A stretch of DNA of 64,000 nucleotides, taken from positions 106,454,001-106,518,000 of the forward strand of contig JBNRSN020000020.1 of NCBI GenBank assembly GCA_051313645.2, given 5' to 3'. Position 1 is the first letter of the stretch. Each line of letters begins with the position of its first letter. This stretch comes from Centroscyllium fabricii. Taxonomy: Eukaryota. Positions 19,986-31,900 of this stretch are shown piece by piece. A model generated the notes under the pieces. The model searched no databases, was not told the origin of the DNA, and saw only the letters and a list, made by a program, of their open reading frames with translations. Position numbers and translations under genes: made by a program.

Positions 19986-22900
19986 TAATCTCGCCTACCT
20001 TGCTAGTAATCTCGCCTACCTTGCAAGTAATCTCTCCTCCCTTGTCAGCAATCTCTCCTCTTCATTTAGTAATCTCTCCTCTTCATTTAGTAATCTCTCC
20101 TCTTCAGTCAGTAATCTCCCCTCTTCAGTCAGTAATCTCTCCTCATCAGTCAGTAATCTCTCCTCTTCAGTCAGTAATCTCTCCTCTTCAGTCAGTAATC
20201 TCCCCTCTTCAGTCAGTAATCTCTCCTCTTCAGTCAGTAATCTCTCCTCTTCAGTCAGTAATCTCTCCTCTTCAGTCAGTAATCTCCCCTCCTCAGTCAG
20301 TAATCTCCCCTCTTCAGTCAGTAATCTCTCCTAATCAGTTAGTAATCTCTCCTCTTCAGTCAGTAATCTCTCCTCTTCAGTCAGTAATCTCCCCTCTTCA
20401 GTCAGTAATCTCTCCTCTTCAGTCAGTAATCTCTCCTCTTCAGTCAGTAATCTCCCCTCTTCAGTCAGTAATCTCCCCTCTTCAGTCAGTAATCTCCCCT
20501 CTTCAGTCAGTAATTTCCCCTCTTCAGTCAGTAATCTCTCTTCAGTCAGTAATCTCTCCTCTTCAGTCAGTAATCTCCCCTCTTCAGTCAGTAATCTCCC
20601 CTCTTCAGTCAGTAATCTCTCCTCTTCAGTCAGTAATCTCCCCTCTTCAGTCAGTAATCTCCCCTCTTCAGTCAGTAATCTCCCCTCTTCAGTCAGTAAT
20701 CTCCCCATTTCAGTCAGTAATCTCCCCTCTTCAGTCAGTAATCTCCCCTCTTCAGTCAGTCAGTAATCTCCTCTCTTCAGTCAGTAATCTCTCCTCTTCA
20801 GTCAGTAATCTCTCCTCTTCAGTCAGTAATCTCTCCTCTTCAGTCAGTAATCTCTCCTCTTCAGTCAGTAATCTCTCCTCTTCAGTCAGTAATCTCCCTT
20901 CTTCGGTCAGTAATCCCCACTCCAGTCAGTAATCTCCCCTCTTCAGTCAGTAATCTCCCCTCTTCAGTCAGTAATCTCTCCTCTTCAGTCAGTAATCTCT
21001 ACTCTTCAGTCAGTAATCTCCCCTCTTCAGTCAGTAATCTCCCCTCTTCAGTCAGTAATCTCCTCTCTTCAGTCAGTAAACTCCCTCTTCAGTCAGTAAT
21101 CTCTCCTCTTCAGTCAGTAATCTCTCCTCTTCAGTCAGTAATCTCCCCTCTTCAATCAGTAATCTCCCTCTTCAGTCAGTAATCTCTCCTCTTCAGTCAG
21201 TAATCTCCCCTCTTCAGTCAGTAATCTCTCCTCTTCAGTCAGTAATCTCTCCTCTTCAGTCAGTAATCTCCCCTCTTCAGTCAGTAATCTCTCCTCTTCA
21301 GGCAGTAATCTCTCCTCTTCAGTCAGTAATCTCTCCTCTACAGTCAGTAATCTCTCCTCTTCAGTCAGTAATCTCTCCTCTTCAGTCAGTAATCTCCCCT
21401 CTTCAGTCAGTAATCTCTCCTCTTCAGTCAGTAATCTACCCTCTTCAGTCAGTAATCCCCCCTCTTCAGTCAGTAATCTCTCCTCTTCAGTCAGTAATCT
21501 CCCCTCTTCAGTTAGTAATCTCCCCTCTTCAGTCAGTAATCTCCGCTCTTCAGTCAGTAATCTCCCCTCTTCAGTCAGTAATCTCTCCTCTTCAGTCAGT
21601 AATCACCCCTCTTCAGTCAGTAATCTCTCCTCTTCAGTCAGTAATCTCCCCTCTTCAGTCAGTAATCACTCCTCTTCAGTCAGTAATCGCCCCTCTTCAG
21701 TCAGTAATCTCCCCTCTACAGTCAGTAATCTCTCCTCTTCAGTCAGTAATCTCTCCTCTTCAGTCAGTAATGTCTCCTCTTCAGTCAGTAACCTCCCCTC
21801 TTCAGTCAGTAATCTCTCCTCTTCAGTCAGTAATCTCCCCTCTTCAGTCAGTAATCTCTCCTCTTCAGGCAGTAATCTCTCCTCTTCAGTCAGTAATCTC
21901 TCCTCTTCAGTCAGTAATCTCTCCTCTTCAGTCAGTAATCTCTCCTCTTCAGTCAGTAATCTCCCCTCTTCAGTCAGTAATCTCTCCTCTTCAGTCATTA
22001 ATCTCTCCTCTTCAGTCAGTAATCACCCCTCTTCAGTCAGTAATCTCTCCTCTTCAGTCAGTAATCTCCCCTCTTCAGTTAGTAATCTCCCCTCTTCAGT
22101 CAGTAATCTCCGCTCTTCAGTCAGTAATCTCCCCTCTTTAGTCAGTAATCTCTCCTCTTCAGTCAGTTATCACCCCTCTTCAGTCAGTAATCTCTCCTCT
22201 TCAGTCAGTAATCTCCCCTCTTCAGTCAGTAATCACTCCTCTTCAGTCAGTAATCTCCCCCTTCAGTCAGTAATCTCCCCTCTTCAGTCAGTAATCTCTC
22301 CTCTTCAGTCAGTAATCTCTCCTCTTCAGTCAGTAATCTCCCCTCTTCAGTCAGTAATCACTCCTCTTCAGTCAGTAATCTCCCCTCTTCAGTCAGTAAT
22401 CTCCCCACTTCAGTCAGTAATCTCTCCTCTTCAGTCAGTAATCTCCCCTCTTCAGTTAGTAATCTCCCCTCTTCAGTCAGTAATCTCCCCTTTTCAGTCA
22501 GTAATCTCTCCTCTTCAGTCAGTAATCTCCCCTCTTCAGTCAGTAATCTCTCCTCTTCTGTCAGTAATCTCCCCTCTTCAGTCAGTAATCTCTCCTCTTC
22601 AGACAGTAATCTCCCCTCTTCAGACAGTAAGCTCCCCTCTTCAGTCAGTAATCTCTCCACTTCAGACAGTAATCTACCCTCTTCAGTCAGTAACCTCTCC
22701 TCTTCAGTCAGTAATCTCCCCTCTTCAGTCAGTAATCTCTCCTCTTCAGTCAGTAATCTCTCCTATTCAGTCAGTAATCTCCCCTCTTCAGTTAGTAATC
22801 TCTCCTCTTCAGTCAGTAATCTCCCCTCTTCAGTCAGTAATCTCTCCTCTTCAGTCAGTAATCTCCCCTCTTCAGTCAGTAATCTCTCCTCTTCAGTCAG

Positions 22901-25900
22901 TAATCTCTCCTCTTCAGTCAGTAATCTCCCCTCTTCAGTTGGTAATCTCTCCTCTTCAGTCAGTAATCTCTCCTCTTCAGTCAGTAATCTCTCCTCTTCA
23001 GTCAGTAATCTCCCCTCTTCAGTCAGTAATCTCTCATCTTCAGTTAGTAATCTCCCCTCTTCAGTCAGTAATCTCTCCTCTTCAGTCAGTAATCTCCCCT
23101 CTTCCGTCAGTAATCTCCACTCTTCAGTCAGTAATCTCTCCTCTTCAGTCAGTAATCTCCCCTCTTCAGTCAGTAATCTCACCTCTTCAGTCAGTAATCT
23201 CTCCTCTTCAGTCAGTAATCTCCCCTCTTCAGTCAGTAATCTCTCCTATTCAGTCAGTAATCTCCCCTCTTCAGTCAGTAATCTCCCCTCTTCAGTTAGT
23301 AATCTCCCCTCTTCAGTCAGTAATCTCCCCTCTTCAGTCAGTAATCTCTCCTCTTCAGTCAGTAATCTCCCCTCTTCAGTCAGTAATCTCTCCTCTTCTG
23401 TCAGTAATCTCCCCTCTTCAGTCAGTAATCTCTACTCTTCAGACAGTAATCTCCCCTCTTCAGACAGTAATCTCCCCACTTCAGTCAGTAATCTCTCCAC
23501 TTCAGACAGTAATCTACCCTCTTCAGTCAGTAATCTCTCCTCTTCAGTCAGTAATCTCCCCTCTTCAGTCAGTAATCTCTCCTCTTCAGTCAGTAATCTC
23601 TCCTATTCAGTCAGTAATCTCCCCTCTTCAGTTAGTAATCTCTCCTCTTCAGTCAGTAATCTCCCCTCTTCAGTCAGTAATCTCTCCTCTTCAGTCAGTA
23701 ATCTCTCCTCTTCAGTCAGTAATCTCTCCTAATCAGTCAGTAATCTCCCCTCTTCAGTCAGTAATCTCTCCTCTTCAGTCAGTAATCTCCCCTCTTCAGT
23801 CAGTAATCTCTCCTATTCAGTCAGTAATCTCCCCTCTTCAGTCAGTAATCACACCTCTTCAGTCAGTAATCTCCACTCTTCAGTCAGTAATCTCTCCTCT
23901 TCAGTCAGTAATCTCTCCTCTTCAGTCAGTAATCTCCCCTCTTCAGTCAGTAATCTCTCCTCTTCAGGCAGTAATCTCTCCTCTTCAGTCAGTAATCTCT
24001 CCTCTTCAGTCATTAATCTCTCCTCTTCAGTCAGTAATCTCCCCTCTTCAGTCAGTAATCTCTCCTCTTCAGTCAGTAATCTACCCTCTTCAGTCAGTAA
24101 TCCCCCCTCTTCAGTCAGTAATCTCTCCTCTTCAGTCAGTAATCTCCCCTCTTCAGTTAGTAATCTACACTCTTCAGTCAGTAATCTCCGCTCTTCAGTC
24201 AGTAATCTCTCCTCTTCAGTCAGTAATCACCCCTCTTCAGTCAGTAATCTCTCCTCTTCAGTCAGTAATCTCCCCTCTTCAGTCAGTAATCACTCCTCTT
24301 CAGTCAGTAATCTCCCCTCTTCAGTCAGTAATCTCCCCTCTTCAGTCAGTAATCTCTCCTCTTCAGTCAGTAATCTCTCCTCTTCAGTCAGTAATGTCTC
24401 CTCTTCAGTCAGTAATCTCCCCTCTTCAGTCAGTAATCTCTCCTCTTCAGTCAGTAATCTCCCCTCTTCAGTCAGTAATCTCTCCTCTTCAGGCAGTAAT
24501 CTCTCCTCTTCAGTCAGTAATCTCTCCTCTTCAGTCAGTAATCTCTCCTCTTCAGTCAGTAATCTCTCCACTTCAGTCAGTAATCTCCCCTCTTCAGTCA
24601 GTAATCTCTCCTCTTCAGTCAGTAATCTCTCCTCTTCAGTCAGTAATCACCCCTCTTCAGTCAGTAATCTCTCCTCTTCAGTCAGTAATCTCCCCTCTTC
24701 AGTTAGTAATCTCCCCTCTTCAGTCAGTAATCTCCGCTCTTCAGTCAGTAATCTCCCCTCTTTAGTCAGTAATCTCTCCTCTTCAGTCAGTAATCACCCC
24801 TCTTCAGTCAGTAATCACTCCTCTTCAGTCAGTAATCTCCCCTCTTCAGTCAGTAATCACTCCTCTTCAGTCAGTAATCTCCCCTCTTCAGTCAGTAATC
24901 TCCCCTCTTCAGTCAGTAATCTCTCCTCTTCAGTCAGTAATCTCTCCTCTTCAGTCAGTAATCTCTCCTCTTCAGTCAGTAATCTCCCCTCTTCAGTTAG
25001 TAATCTCCCCTCTTCAGTCAGTAATCTCCCCTCTTCAGTCAGTAATCTCTCCTCTTCAGTCAGTAATCTCCCCTCTTCAGTCAGTAATCTCTCCTCTTCT
25101 GTCAGTAATCTCCCCTCTTCAGTCAGTAATCTCTCCTCTTTAGACAGTAATCTCCCCTCTTCAGACAGTAATCTCCCTTCTTCAGTCAGTAATCTCTCCA
25201 CTTCAGACAGTAATCTACCCTCTTCAGTCAGTAATCTCTCCTCTTCAGTCAGTAATCTCCCCTCTTCAGTCAGTAATCTCTCCTCTTCAGTCAGTAATCT
25301 CTCCTATTCAGTCAGTAATCTCCCTTCTTCAGTTAGTAATCTCTCCTCTTCAGTCAGTAATCTCCCCTCTTCAGTCAGTAATCTCTCCTCTTCAGTCAGT
25401 AATCTCCCCTCTTCAGTCAGTAATCTCTCCTCTTCAGTCAGTAATCTCTCCTCTTCAGTCAGTAATCTCCCCTCTTCAGTTGGTAATCTCTCCTCTTCAG
25501 TCAGTAATCTCTGCTCTTTAGTCAGTAATCTCTCCTCTTCAGTCAGTAATCTCCCCTCTTCAGTCAGTAATCTCTCATCTTCAGTTAGTAATCTCCCCTC
25601 TTCAGTCAGTAATCTCTCCTCTTCAGTCAGTAATCTCCCCTCTTCAGTCAGTAATCTCCCCTCTTCAGTCAGTAATCTCTCCTCTTCAGTCAGTAATCTC
25701 CCCTCTTCAGTCAGTAATCTCTCCTCTTCAGTCAGTAATCTCTCCTCTTCAGTCAGTAATCTCACCTCTTCAGTCAGTAATCTCTCCTCTTCAGTCAGTA
25801 ATCTCCCCTCTTCAGTCAGTAATCACCCCTCTTCAGTCAGTAATCTCCCCTCTTCAGTCAGTAATCTCCCCTCTTCAGTCAGTAATCTCTCCTCTTCAGT

Positions 25901-28900
25901 CAGTAATCTCCCTTCTTCAGTCAGTAATTTCTCCTCTTCAGTCAGTAATCTCTCCTCTTCAGTCAGTAATCTCCCCTCTTCAGTCAGTAATCTCTCCTCT
26001 TCAGTCAGTAATCTCCCCTCTTCAGTCAGTAATCTCCCCTCTTCAGTCAGTAATCTCTCCTCTTCAGTCAGTAATCTCCCCTCTTCAGTCAGTAATCTCT
26101 CCTCTTCAGTCAGTAATCTCTCCTCTTCAGTCAGTAATCTCACCTCTTCAGTCAGTAATCTCTCCTCTTCAGTCAGTAATCTCCCCTCTTCAGTCAGTAA
26201 TCACCCCTCTTCAGTCAGTAATCTCCCCTCTTCAGTCAGTAATCTCCCCTCTTCAGTCAGTAATCTCTCCTCTTCAGTCAGTAATCTCCCTTCTTCAGTC
26301 AGTAATTTCTCCTCTTCAGTCAGTAATCTCTCCTCTTCAGTCAGTAATCTCCCCTCTTCAGTCAGTAATCTCTCCTCTTCAGGCAGTAATCTCTCCTCTT
26401 CAGTCTGTAATCTCTCCTCTTCAGTCAGTAATCTTCCCTCTTCAGTCAGTAATCTTCCCTCTTCAGTCAGTAATCTCCCCTCTTCAGTCAGTAATCTCTC
26501 CTCTTCAGTCAGTAATCTCTCCTCTTCAGTCAGTAATCCCCCCTCTTCAGTCAGTAATCTCTCCTCTTCAGTCAGTAATATCCCCTCTTCAGTTAGTAAT
26601 CTCTCCTCTTCAGTCAGTAATCTCTGCTCTTCAGTCAGTAATCTCCCCTCTTCAGTCAGTAATCTCTCCTCTTCAGTCAGTAATCTCCCCTCTTCAGTCA
26701 GTAATCTCTCATCTTCAGTCAGTAATCTCCCCTCTTCAGTCAGTAATCACTCCTCCTCAGTCAGTAATCTCCCCTCTTCAGTCAGTAATCTCCCCTCTTC
26801 AGTCAGTAATCTCTCCTCTTCAGTCAGTAATCTCTCCTCTTCAGTCAGTAATCTCTCCTCTTCAGTCAGTAATCTCCCCTCTTCAGTTAGTAATCTCCCC
26901 TCTTCAGTCAGTAATCTCTCCTCTTCAGTCAGTAATCTCTCCTCTTCAGTCAGTAATCTCCCCTCTTCAGTCAGTAATCTCTCCTCTTCTGTCAGTAATC
27001 TCCCCTCTTCAGTCAGTAATCTCTCCTATTCAGTCAATAATCTCCCCTCTTCAGTCAGTAATCTCTCCTCTTCAGTCAGTAATCTCCCCTCTTCAGTCAG
27101 TAATCTCTCCTCTTCAGTCAGTAATCTCTCCTCTTCAGTCAGTAATCTCTCCTCTTCAGTCAGTAATCTCTCCTCTTCAGTCAGTAATCTCTCCTCTTCA
27201 GTCAGTAATCTCTCCTCTTCAGTCAGTAATCTCCCCTCTTCAGTCAGTAATCTCCCCTCTTCAGTCAGTAATCTCCCCTCTTCAGTTAGAAATCTCTCCT
27301 CTTCAGTCAGTAATTTCTCCTCTTCAGTCAGTAATCTCCCCTCTTCAGTCAGTAATCTCCCCTCTTCAGTCAGTAATCTCTCCTCTTCAGTCAGTAATCT
27401 CCCCTCTTCAGTCAGTAATCTCTCCTCTTCAGTCAGTAATCTCTCCTCTTCAGTCAGTAATCTCCCCTCTTCAGTCAGTAATCTCCCCTCTTCAGTCAGT
27501 AATCTCTCCTCTTCAGTCAGTAATCTCCCCTCTTCAATCAGTAATCTCCCTCTTCAGTCAGTGATCTCTCCTCTTCAGTCAGTAATCTCCCCTCTTCAGT
27601 CAGTAATCTCTCCTCTTCAGTCAGTAATCTCTCCTCTTCAGTCAGTAATCTCCCCTCTTCAGTCAGTAATCACTCCTCTTCAGGCAGTAATCTCTCCTCT
27701 TCAGTCAGTAATCTCACCTCTACAGTCAGTAATCTCTCCTCTTCAGTCAGTAATCTCTCCTCTTCAGTCAGTAATCTCCCCTCTTCAGTCAGTAATCTCT
27801 CCTCTTCAGTCAGTAATCTACCCTCTTCAGTCAGTAATCCCCCCTCTTCAGTCAGTAATCTCTCCTCTTCAGTCAGAAATCTCCCCTCTTCAGTTAGTAA
27901 TCTCCCCTCTTCAGTCAGTAATCTCCGCTCTTCAGTCAGTAATCTCCCCTCTTCAGTCAGTAATCGCTCCTCTTCAGTCAGTAATCACCCCTCTTCAGTC
28001 AGTAATCTCTCCTCTTCAGTCAGTAATCTCCCCTCTTCAGTCAGTAATCACTCCTCTTCAGTCAGTAATCTCCCCTCTTCAGTCAGTAATCTCCCCTCTA
28101 CAGTCAGTAATCTCTCCTCTTCAGTCAGTAATCTCTCCTCTTCAGTCAGTAATGTCTCCTCTTCAGTCAGTAACCTCCCCTCTTCAGTCAGTAATCTCTC
28201 CTCTTCAGTCAGTAATCTCCCCTCTTCAGTCAGTAATCTCTCCTCTTCAGTCAGTAATCTCTCCTCTTCAGTCAGTAATCTCTCCTCTTCAGTCAGTAAT
28301 CTCTCCTCTTCAGTCAGTAATCTCTCCTCTTCAGTCAGTAATCTCCCCTCTTCAGTCAGTAATCTCTCCTCTTCAGTCATTAATCTCTCCTCTTCAGTTA
28401 GTAATCACCCCTCTTCAGTCAGTAATCTCTCCTCTTCAGTCAGTAATCTCCCCTCTTCAGTTAGTAATCTCCCCTCTTCAGTCAGTAATCTCCGCTCTTC
28501 AGTCAGTAATCTCCCCTCTTTAGTCAGTAATCTCTCCTCTTCAGTCAGTTATCACCCCTCTTCAGTCAGTAATCTCTCCTCTTCAGTCAGTAATCTCCCC
28601 TCTTCAGTCAGTAATCACTCCTCTTCAGTCAGTAATCTCCCCTCTTCAGTCAGTAATCTCCCCTCTTCAGTCAGTAATCTCTCCTCTTCAGTCAGTAATC
28701 TCTCCTCTTCAGTCAGTAATCTCCCCTCTTCAGTCAGTAATCACTCCTCTTCAGTCAGTAATCTCCCCTCTTCAGTCAGTAATCTCCCCTCTTCAGTCAG
28801 TAATCTCTCCTCTTCAGTCAGTAATCTCCCCACTTCAGTTAGTAATCTCCCCTCTTCAGTCAGTAATCTCCCCTCTTCAGTCAGTAATCTCTCCTCTTCA

Positions 28901-31900
28901 GTCAGTAATCTCCCCTCTTCAGTCAGTAATCTCTCCTCTTCTGTCAGTAATCTCCCCTCTTCAGTCAGTAATCTCCCCTCTTCAGACAGTAATCTCCCCT
29001 CTTCAGACAGTAAGCTACCCTCTTCAGTCAGTAATCTCTCCACTTCAGACAGTAATCTAACCTCTTCAGTCAGTAATCCCTCCTCTTCAGTCAGTAATCT
29101 CCCCTCTTCAGTCAGTAATCTCTCCTCTTCAGTCAGTAATCTCTCCTATTCAGTCAGTAATCTCCCCTCTTCAGTTAGTAATCTCTCCTCTTCAGTCAGT
29201 AATCTCCCCTCTTCAGTCAGTAATCTCTCCTCTTCAGTCAGTAATCTCCCCTCTTCAGTCAGTAATCTCTCCTCTTCAGTCAGTAATCTCTCCTCTTCAG
29301 TCAGTAATCTCCCCTCTTCAGTTGGTAATCTCTCCTCTTCAGTCAGTAATCTCTCCTCTTCAGTCAGTAATCTCTCCTCTTCAGTCAGTAATCTCCCCTC
29401 TTCAGTCAGTAATCTCTCATCTTCAGTTAGTAATCTCCCCTCTTCAGTCAGTAATCTCTCCTCTTCAGTCAGTAATCTCCCCTCTTCAGTCAGTAATCTC
29501 CACTCTTCAGTCAGTAATCTCTCCTCTTCAGTCAGTAATCTCTCCTCTTCAGTCAGTAATCTCCCCTCTTCAGTCAGTAATCTCCCCTCTTCAGTCAGTA
29601 ATCTCCCCTCTTCAGTTAGAAATCTCTCCTCTTCAGTCAGTAATCTCTCCTCTTCAGTCAGTAATCTCCCCTCTTCAGTCAGTAATCTCCCCTCTTCAGT
29701 CAGTAATCTCTCCTCTTCAGTCAGTAATCTCCCCTCTTCAGTCAGTAATCTCTCCTCTTCAGTCAGTAATCTCTCCTCTTCAGTCAGTAATCTCCCCTCT
29801 TCAGTCAGTAATCCCCCCTCTTCAGTCAGTAATCTCTCCTCTTCAGTCAGAAATCTCCCCTCTTCAGTTAGTAATCTCCCCTCTTCAGTCAGTAATCTCC
29901 GCTCTTCAGTCAGTAATCTCCCCTCTTCAGTCAGTAATCGCTCCTCTTCAGTCAGTAATCACCCCTCTTCAGTCAGTAATCTCTCCTCTTCAGTCAGTAA
30001 TCTCCCCTCTTCAGTCAGTAATCACTCCTCTTCAGTCAGTAATCTCCCCTCTTCAGTCAGTAATCTCCCCTCTACAGTCAGTAATCTCTCCTCTTCAGTC
30101 AGTAATCTCTCCTCTTTAGTCAGTAATGTCTCCTCTTCAGTCAGTAACCTCCCCTCTTCAGTCAGTAATCTCTCCTCTTCAGTCAGTAATCTCCCCTCTT
30201 CAGTCAGTAATCTCTCCTCTTCAGGCAGTAATCTCTCCTCTTCAGTCAGTAATCTCTCCTCTTCAGTCAGTAATCTCTCCTCTTCAGTCAGTAATCTCTC
30301 CTCTTCAGTCAGTAATCTCCCCTCTTCAGTCAGTAATCTCTCCTCTTCAGTCATTAATCTCTCCTCTTCAGTTAGTAATCACCCCTCTTCAGTCAGTAAT
30401 CTCTCCTCTTCAGTCAGTAATCTCCCCTCTTCAGTTAGTAATCTCCCCTCTTCAGTCAGTAATCTCCGCTCTTCAGTCAGTAATCTCCCCTCTTTAGTCA
30501 GTAATCTCTCCTCTTCAGTCAGTTATCACCCCTCTTCAGTCAGTAATCTCTCCTCTTCAATCAGTAATCTCCCCTCTTCAGTCAGTAATCACTCCTCTTC
30601 AGTCAGTAATCTCCCCTCTTCAGTCAGTAATCTCCCCTCTTCAGTCAGTAATCTCTCCTCTTCAGTCAGTAATCTCTCCTCTTCAGTCAGTAATCTCCCC
30701 TCTTCAGTCAGTAATCACTCCTCTTCAGTCAGTAATCTCCCCTCTTCAGTCAGTAATCTCCCCTCTTCAGTCAGTAATCTCTCCTCTTCAGTCAGTAATC
30801 TCCCCTCTTCAGTTAGTAATCTCCCCTCTTCAGTCAGTAATCTCCCCTCTTCAGTCAGTAATCTCTCCTCTTCAGTCAGTAATCTCCCCTCTTCAGTCAG
30901 TAATCTCTCCTCTTCTGTCAGTAATCTCCCCTCTTCAGTCAGTAATCTCCCCTCTTCAGACAGTAATCTCCCCTCTTCAGACAGTAAGCTCCCCTCTTCA
31001 GTCAGTAATCTCTCCACTTCAGACAGTAATCTACCCTCTTCAGTCAGTAATCTCTCCTCTTCAGTCAGTAATCTCCCCTCTTCAGTCAGTAATCTCTCCT
31101 CTTCAGTCAGTAATCTCTCCTATTCAGTCAGTAATCTCCCCTCTTCAGTTAGTAATCTCTCCTCTTCAGTCAGTAACCTCCCCTCTTCAGTCAGTAATCT
31201 CTCCTCTTCAGTCAGTAATCTCCCCTCTTCAGTCAGTAATCTCTCCTCTTCAGTCAGTAATCTCTCCTCTTCAGTCAGTAATCTCCCCTCTTCAGTTGGT
31301 AATCTCTCCTCTTCAGTCAGTAATCTCTCCTCTTCAGTCAGTAATCTCTCCTCTTCAGTCAGTAATCTCCCCTCTTCAGTCAGTAATCTCTCATCTTCAG
31401 TTAGTAATCTCCCCTCTTCAGTCAGTAATCTCTCCTCTTCAGTCAGTAATCTCCCCTCTTCAGTCAGTAATCTCCACTCTTCAGTCAGTAATCTCTCCTC
31501 TTCAGTCAGTAATCTCCCCTCTTCAGTCAGTAATCTCACCTCTTCAGTCAGTAATCTCTCCTCTTCAGTCAGTAATCTCCCCTCTTCAGTCACTAATCTC
31601 TCCTATTCAGTCAGTAATCTCCCCTCTTCAGTCAGTAATCTCCCCTCTTCAGTTAGTAATCTCCCCTCTTCAGTCAGTAATCTCCCCTCTTCAGTCAGTA
31701 ATCTCTCCTCTTCAGTCAGTAATCTCCCCTCTTCAGTCAGTAATCTCTCCTCTTCTGTCAGTAATCTCCCCTCTTCAGTCAGTAATCTCTCCTCTTCAGA
31801 CAGTAATCTCCCCTCTTCAGACAGTAATCTCCCCACTTCAGTCAGTAATCTCTCCACTTCAGACAATAATCTACCCTCTTCAGTCAGTAATCTCTCCTCT

